Of a DNA stretch of 64,000 nt, positions 61,262-64,000 are shown in pieces. Location: NCBI GenBank assembly GCA_965153285.1, contig OZ229110.1. The stretch is one strand, 5' to 3'. The position numbers were made by a program, and so were the translations under genes. The stretch is from Podarcis tiliguerta. Taxonomy: Eukaryota. Every line of letters starts with the position of its first letter. Positions within the stretch are counted from its first letter, which is position 1. The notes under the pieces are model-generated. The model was not told the DNA's origin and did not search any database. It saw only the letters and a program-made list of their open reading frames with translations.

Positions 61262-64000
61262 TATACAGAAAACATTTTACAATGGCATCTTGAGTTTGGA
61301 ACACTTAGAACTAATTCAAATTTTTGGTTGTTAAAATTAATAAAAGATAAAGAGCATGAATTTGCCAAGTGCTGTACACACTGACGGTCCCTCCCCACAG
61401 GATAACGATTTAGAAGACATGTTGCAAAAAGGGATGTAGGGGTGGGAGCAGCAAACAAGCCCAAATTATCAAAGCTACATGGCAGTTCTTAATAATGATC
61501 AGCTTGGATGGAAACAGTTCAGGGAGGGAAAGAGCCAAATGATAGCTGATTGCTCAAAGAATCCAGCAAGGTTGGGGCACAGTTCCATCTTGCCTTCTGC
61601 AGGAACAGAATTGATTTCATCACTAGATAATCCTTATGCAAAATGCCTCCACTATTCTCTACTGATGTGAGTGATATGAAAGTTCTGACCTGGTGTCATC
61701 ATTTGAAACCATAAATCGGAAAACATTCTTAGATAGAAAAAAAAACCTCCTCTGAAATACTGCAGAAAGAGTTAAAGATATGGAATATCAAAGAAAACAA
61801 GCTACTGAAAGTCTAGCCTTTTGTTCTTCTTCTTTTAAATTAAACCTTAGTGGGTTTTAGAACAGTTATTTTGGAGCCCTGTTCACTTTCTCTGTACTGA
61901 ACTGCAGAGCAACCAGTCCACAAAGACACTTGTGTAAACTTTACAAAAGAATTGTTAAAAAAAGAAGTAGCTGCAAAGAAATTATCTAGCACTTGCATTA
62001 CTGTGCTGTGCTACAGCCTCTGTAAATTATCCATTAAGGACATTAGCAGACCACAAGAAGTACTTCAGCAGAATTGGATTGTGTATGATTGAAGGAGGAG
62101 TCCAAAATTATCAATCTCTACCACCTTGAAAAGTCAAGAGGGGGAAAAACAAAGCTGTTTTTCCTGTGTGCCTGGCCTTGAGGAACCCCCACCAAACTCA
62201 ATATTCTCAATTTGAACTTTGGTTCCACCTCATTAAATTTTATACCATGGCACTTTAGCTGTTAACTACCACTGGCTGAAATAAGGGTTCCATCCATCAA
62301 TCATCGTCTCGAGGGCTAAAAGACCCTCTCTCAATCTTCAGCAGTTTTTGAACAATCAGACATTTTACCCAGCGGAAGGATTGAGCATGTGGAATTTCAC
62401 CCATCTGTTTAGCAGCATTCTTTGATATTAAGCACACAGACATCCTGGCAGGGATCTCATTGGTTGATAATGACCCACATAATTCCCTCTCCCCAAGTTT
62501 GTGGTATTCACACACAAACACACACAGCAGCCATGGGGGGGTTAGCATCTCATGTGTGGAAGGCTTTATTTGAAGGAATAAATGGTTTTGTTTATTTAGA
62601 AATTGCTTCAAGATGATGCATAGGAAAGGATTCCCTCATTCATTAATAAAGATGCAGAAGATGCATTGCACACGAAAGCTGGGAAGCTGGGTGCACACAA
62701 AAAGGGTCAGGACCTTATTCGTTTATTCATTCTACAGTATCATAGTCAAGAAGCAGACCCACACAGTAAATATCAGCCAATCAAAATATTCTTTAAAACA
62801 TAAGTCAGCCATGTTTCATTTTTTCAATATATCAATTAACACAATCCGTTTTCTGCCTCTCTCTTCCCCTCCTCAGACAGTAACGAGCCTTTCACAGGAG
62901 TCCAATCCATCCACCCATCTATCCAAATGTTCCCTCTGGGTTCATAAACTTAACACTTGACTCCCCAGGCAGAAGAAATCATTTCCCCGCCCACCATTAT
63001 TTGTGTGAGGAGGTGTTGGCTTCTGAGGCACAGCCCATAGACAGGGAGTTGCATCTTGGGAGCAGCATTTTTCCTCCTAAAGAACCTCATGAAAAGTAGG
63101 AGAGAAGTGAATTCACTGCAACTTGTTCTTTGCATTTCTTGCTACTGAAGGGGTAAGCTGTGATGTCCAGTTCCTTCTCTCAGCCTATATGGCTGCAGTT
63201 TCGAGTCCTGCTCTAGTTCAGCTCCTATCTCTGGTATTAAAATGCTATGTTTCTAATCTGCATTTAATATAAAGTCTTGGGGGAGGAAAGTGTACCTGCT
63301 AGAGTACTTCCTCGCAACCTTTTTTTGTTCCTTTTAAACAATTCCTGCCCTTTTAAACAACTCTTTGCAAAGTTTACCTGAGTGGGGTTTTTTTGTTTTT
63401 TGTTTACTGGCCTCAGTAAAACTTCTAGTTACATGATCAACAGAGTTGTTACTACCCTATAAGGTAGTAAAAGAATAGCTAAAAACCAAAATTAGAGGGC
63501 TTAATAGAAGGCGTATAAGCAGCTGCTCAGTCAGGATGGGGAGCATCCACAATCTTGATCAGGGGAATCTACAGTTATCTGAGCTCTAAAATGAACGCCT
63601 GGAGGTCTTTTACCTCTCTCTCTCAACTTAAGTTAGCAGGGCCACTGAATAAGGCACTGAATTGTGTGCTAGAAGACAGGGTATTTTTGGGTGGAGAGTG
63701 AGATTCCCCCCATCCTGAAGAGTTATCTGAGAAAGCCTGTACATGTTGAGCCAATTCTGAATCAAGCCATGGAAGGTCCACTGATTAATAAGGACAACCT
63801 GAAAAGCAGGTGGTCTCTTTCAGCAGCAGGATCAGCTGCACTAACAGCAGGAAGCGAAGCTCCAGAGTTTCTCAGGTGTCGTATTTCCCTTCTTTGAATC
63901 TTGGCCTTTGAGTTTGAAATGAACTGTATGTCTCAAGTTGAGACTGAAGAGAGAGAGAAAAAGTAGTATATCATGGGAGAGTAACATGAACCAAACCACA

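Noticed and set aside
63760-63963. Strong minus-strand acceptor (CT-rich tract plus CAG at 63944) as a PDIA5 exon
   Set aside because: All three frames stop within about 34 codons and none resembles PDIA5; the tract is a (GA)n microsatellite.

Overview
Vertebrate genomic DNA from a squamate reptile, probably a lacertid lizard, judged from its Sauria-type SINEs and other lizard repeats. Two protein-coding genes lie on the minus strand. SEC22A is complete: a putative non-coding exon 1 in a CpG island at about 24.4 kb, plus six coding exons (15754 down to 4119) that join into a 927-nt CDS of 308 aa. PDIA5 contributes its last two coding exons (49422-49288 and 45946-45866), ending in the ER-retention signal KDEL. 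The far left probably holds the 3' end of the convergent neighbour, which would be ADCY5 by amniote synteny; this is inference only. The rest is intronic or intergenic and rich in transposable elements: five Sauria SINEs of two subfamilies, other tRNA- and 5S-derived SINEs, L1/L2/CR1 fragments, Tc1/mariner and hAT-type MITEs, and microsatellites. Almost all supplied ORFs are spurious. I found no convincing new multi-gene system. The best leads are the SEC22A promoter and 5' leader (X-box, UPRE/CRE, M-box, two uORFs, a candidate cassette exon), two DNA elements that appear to carry captured sequence, and a strong CTCF-like site.
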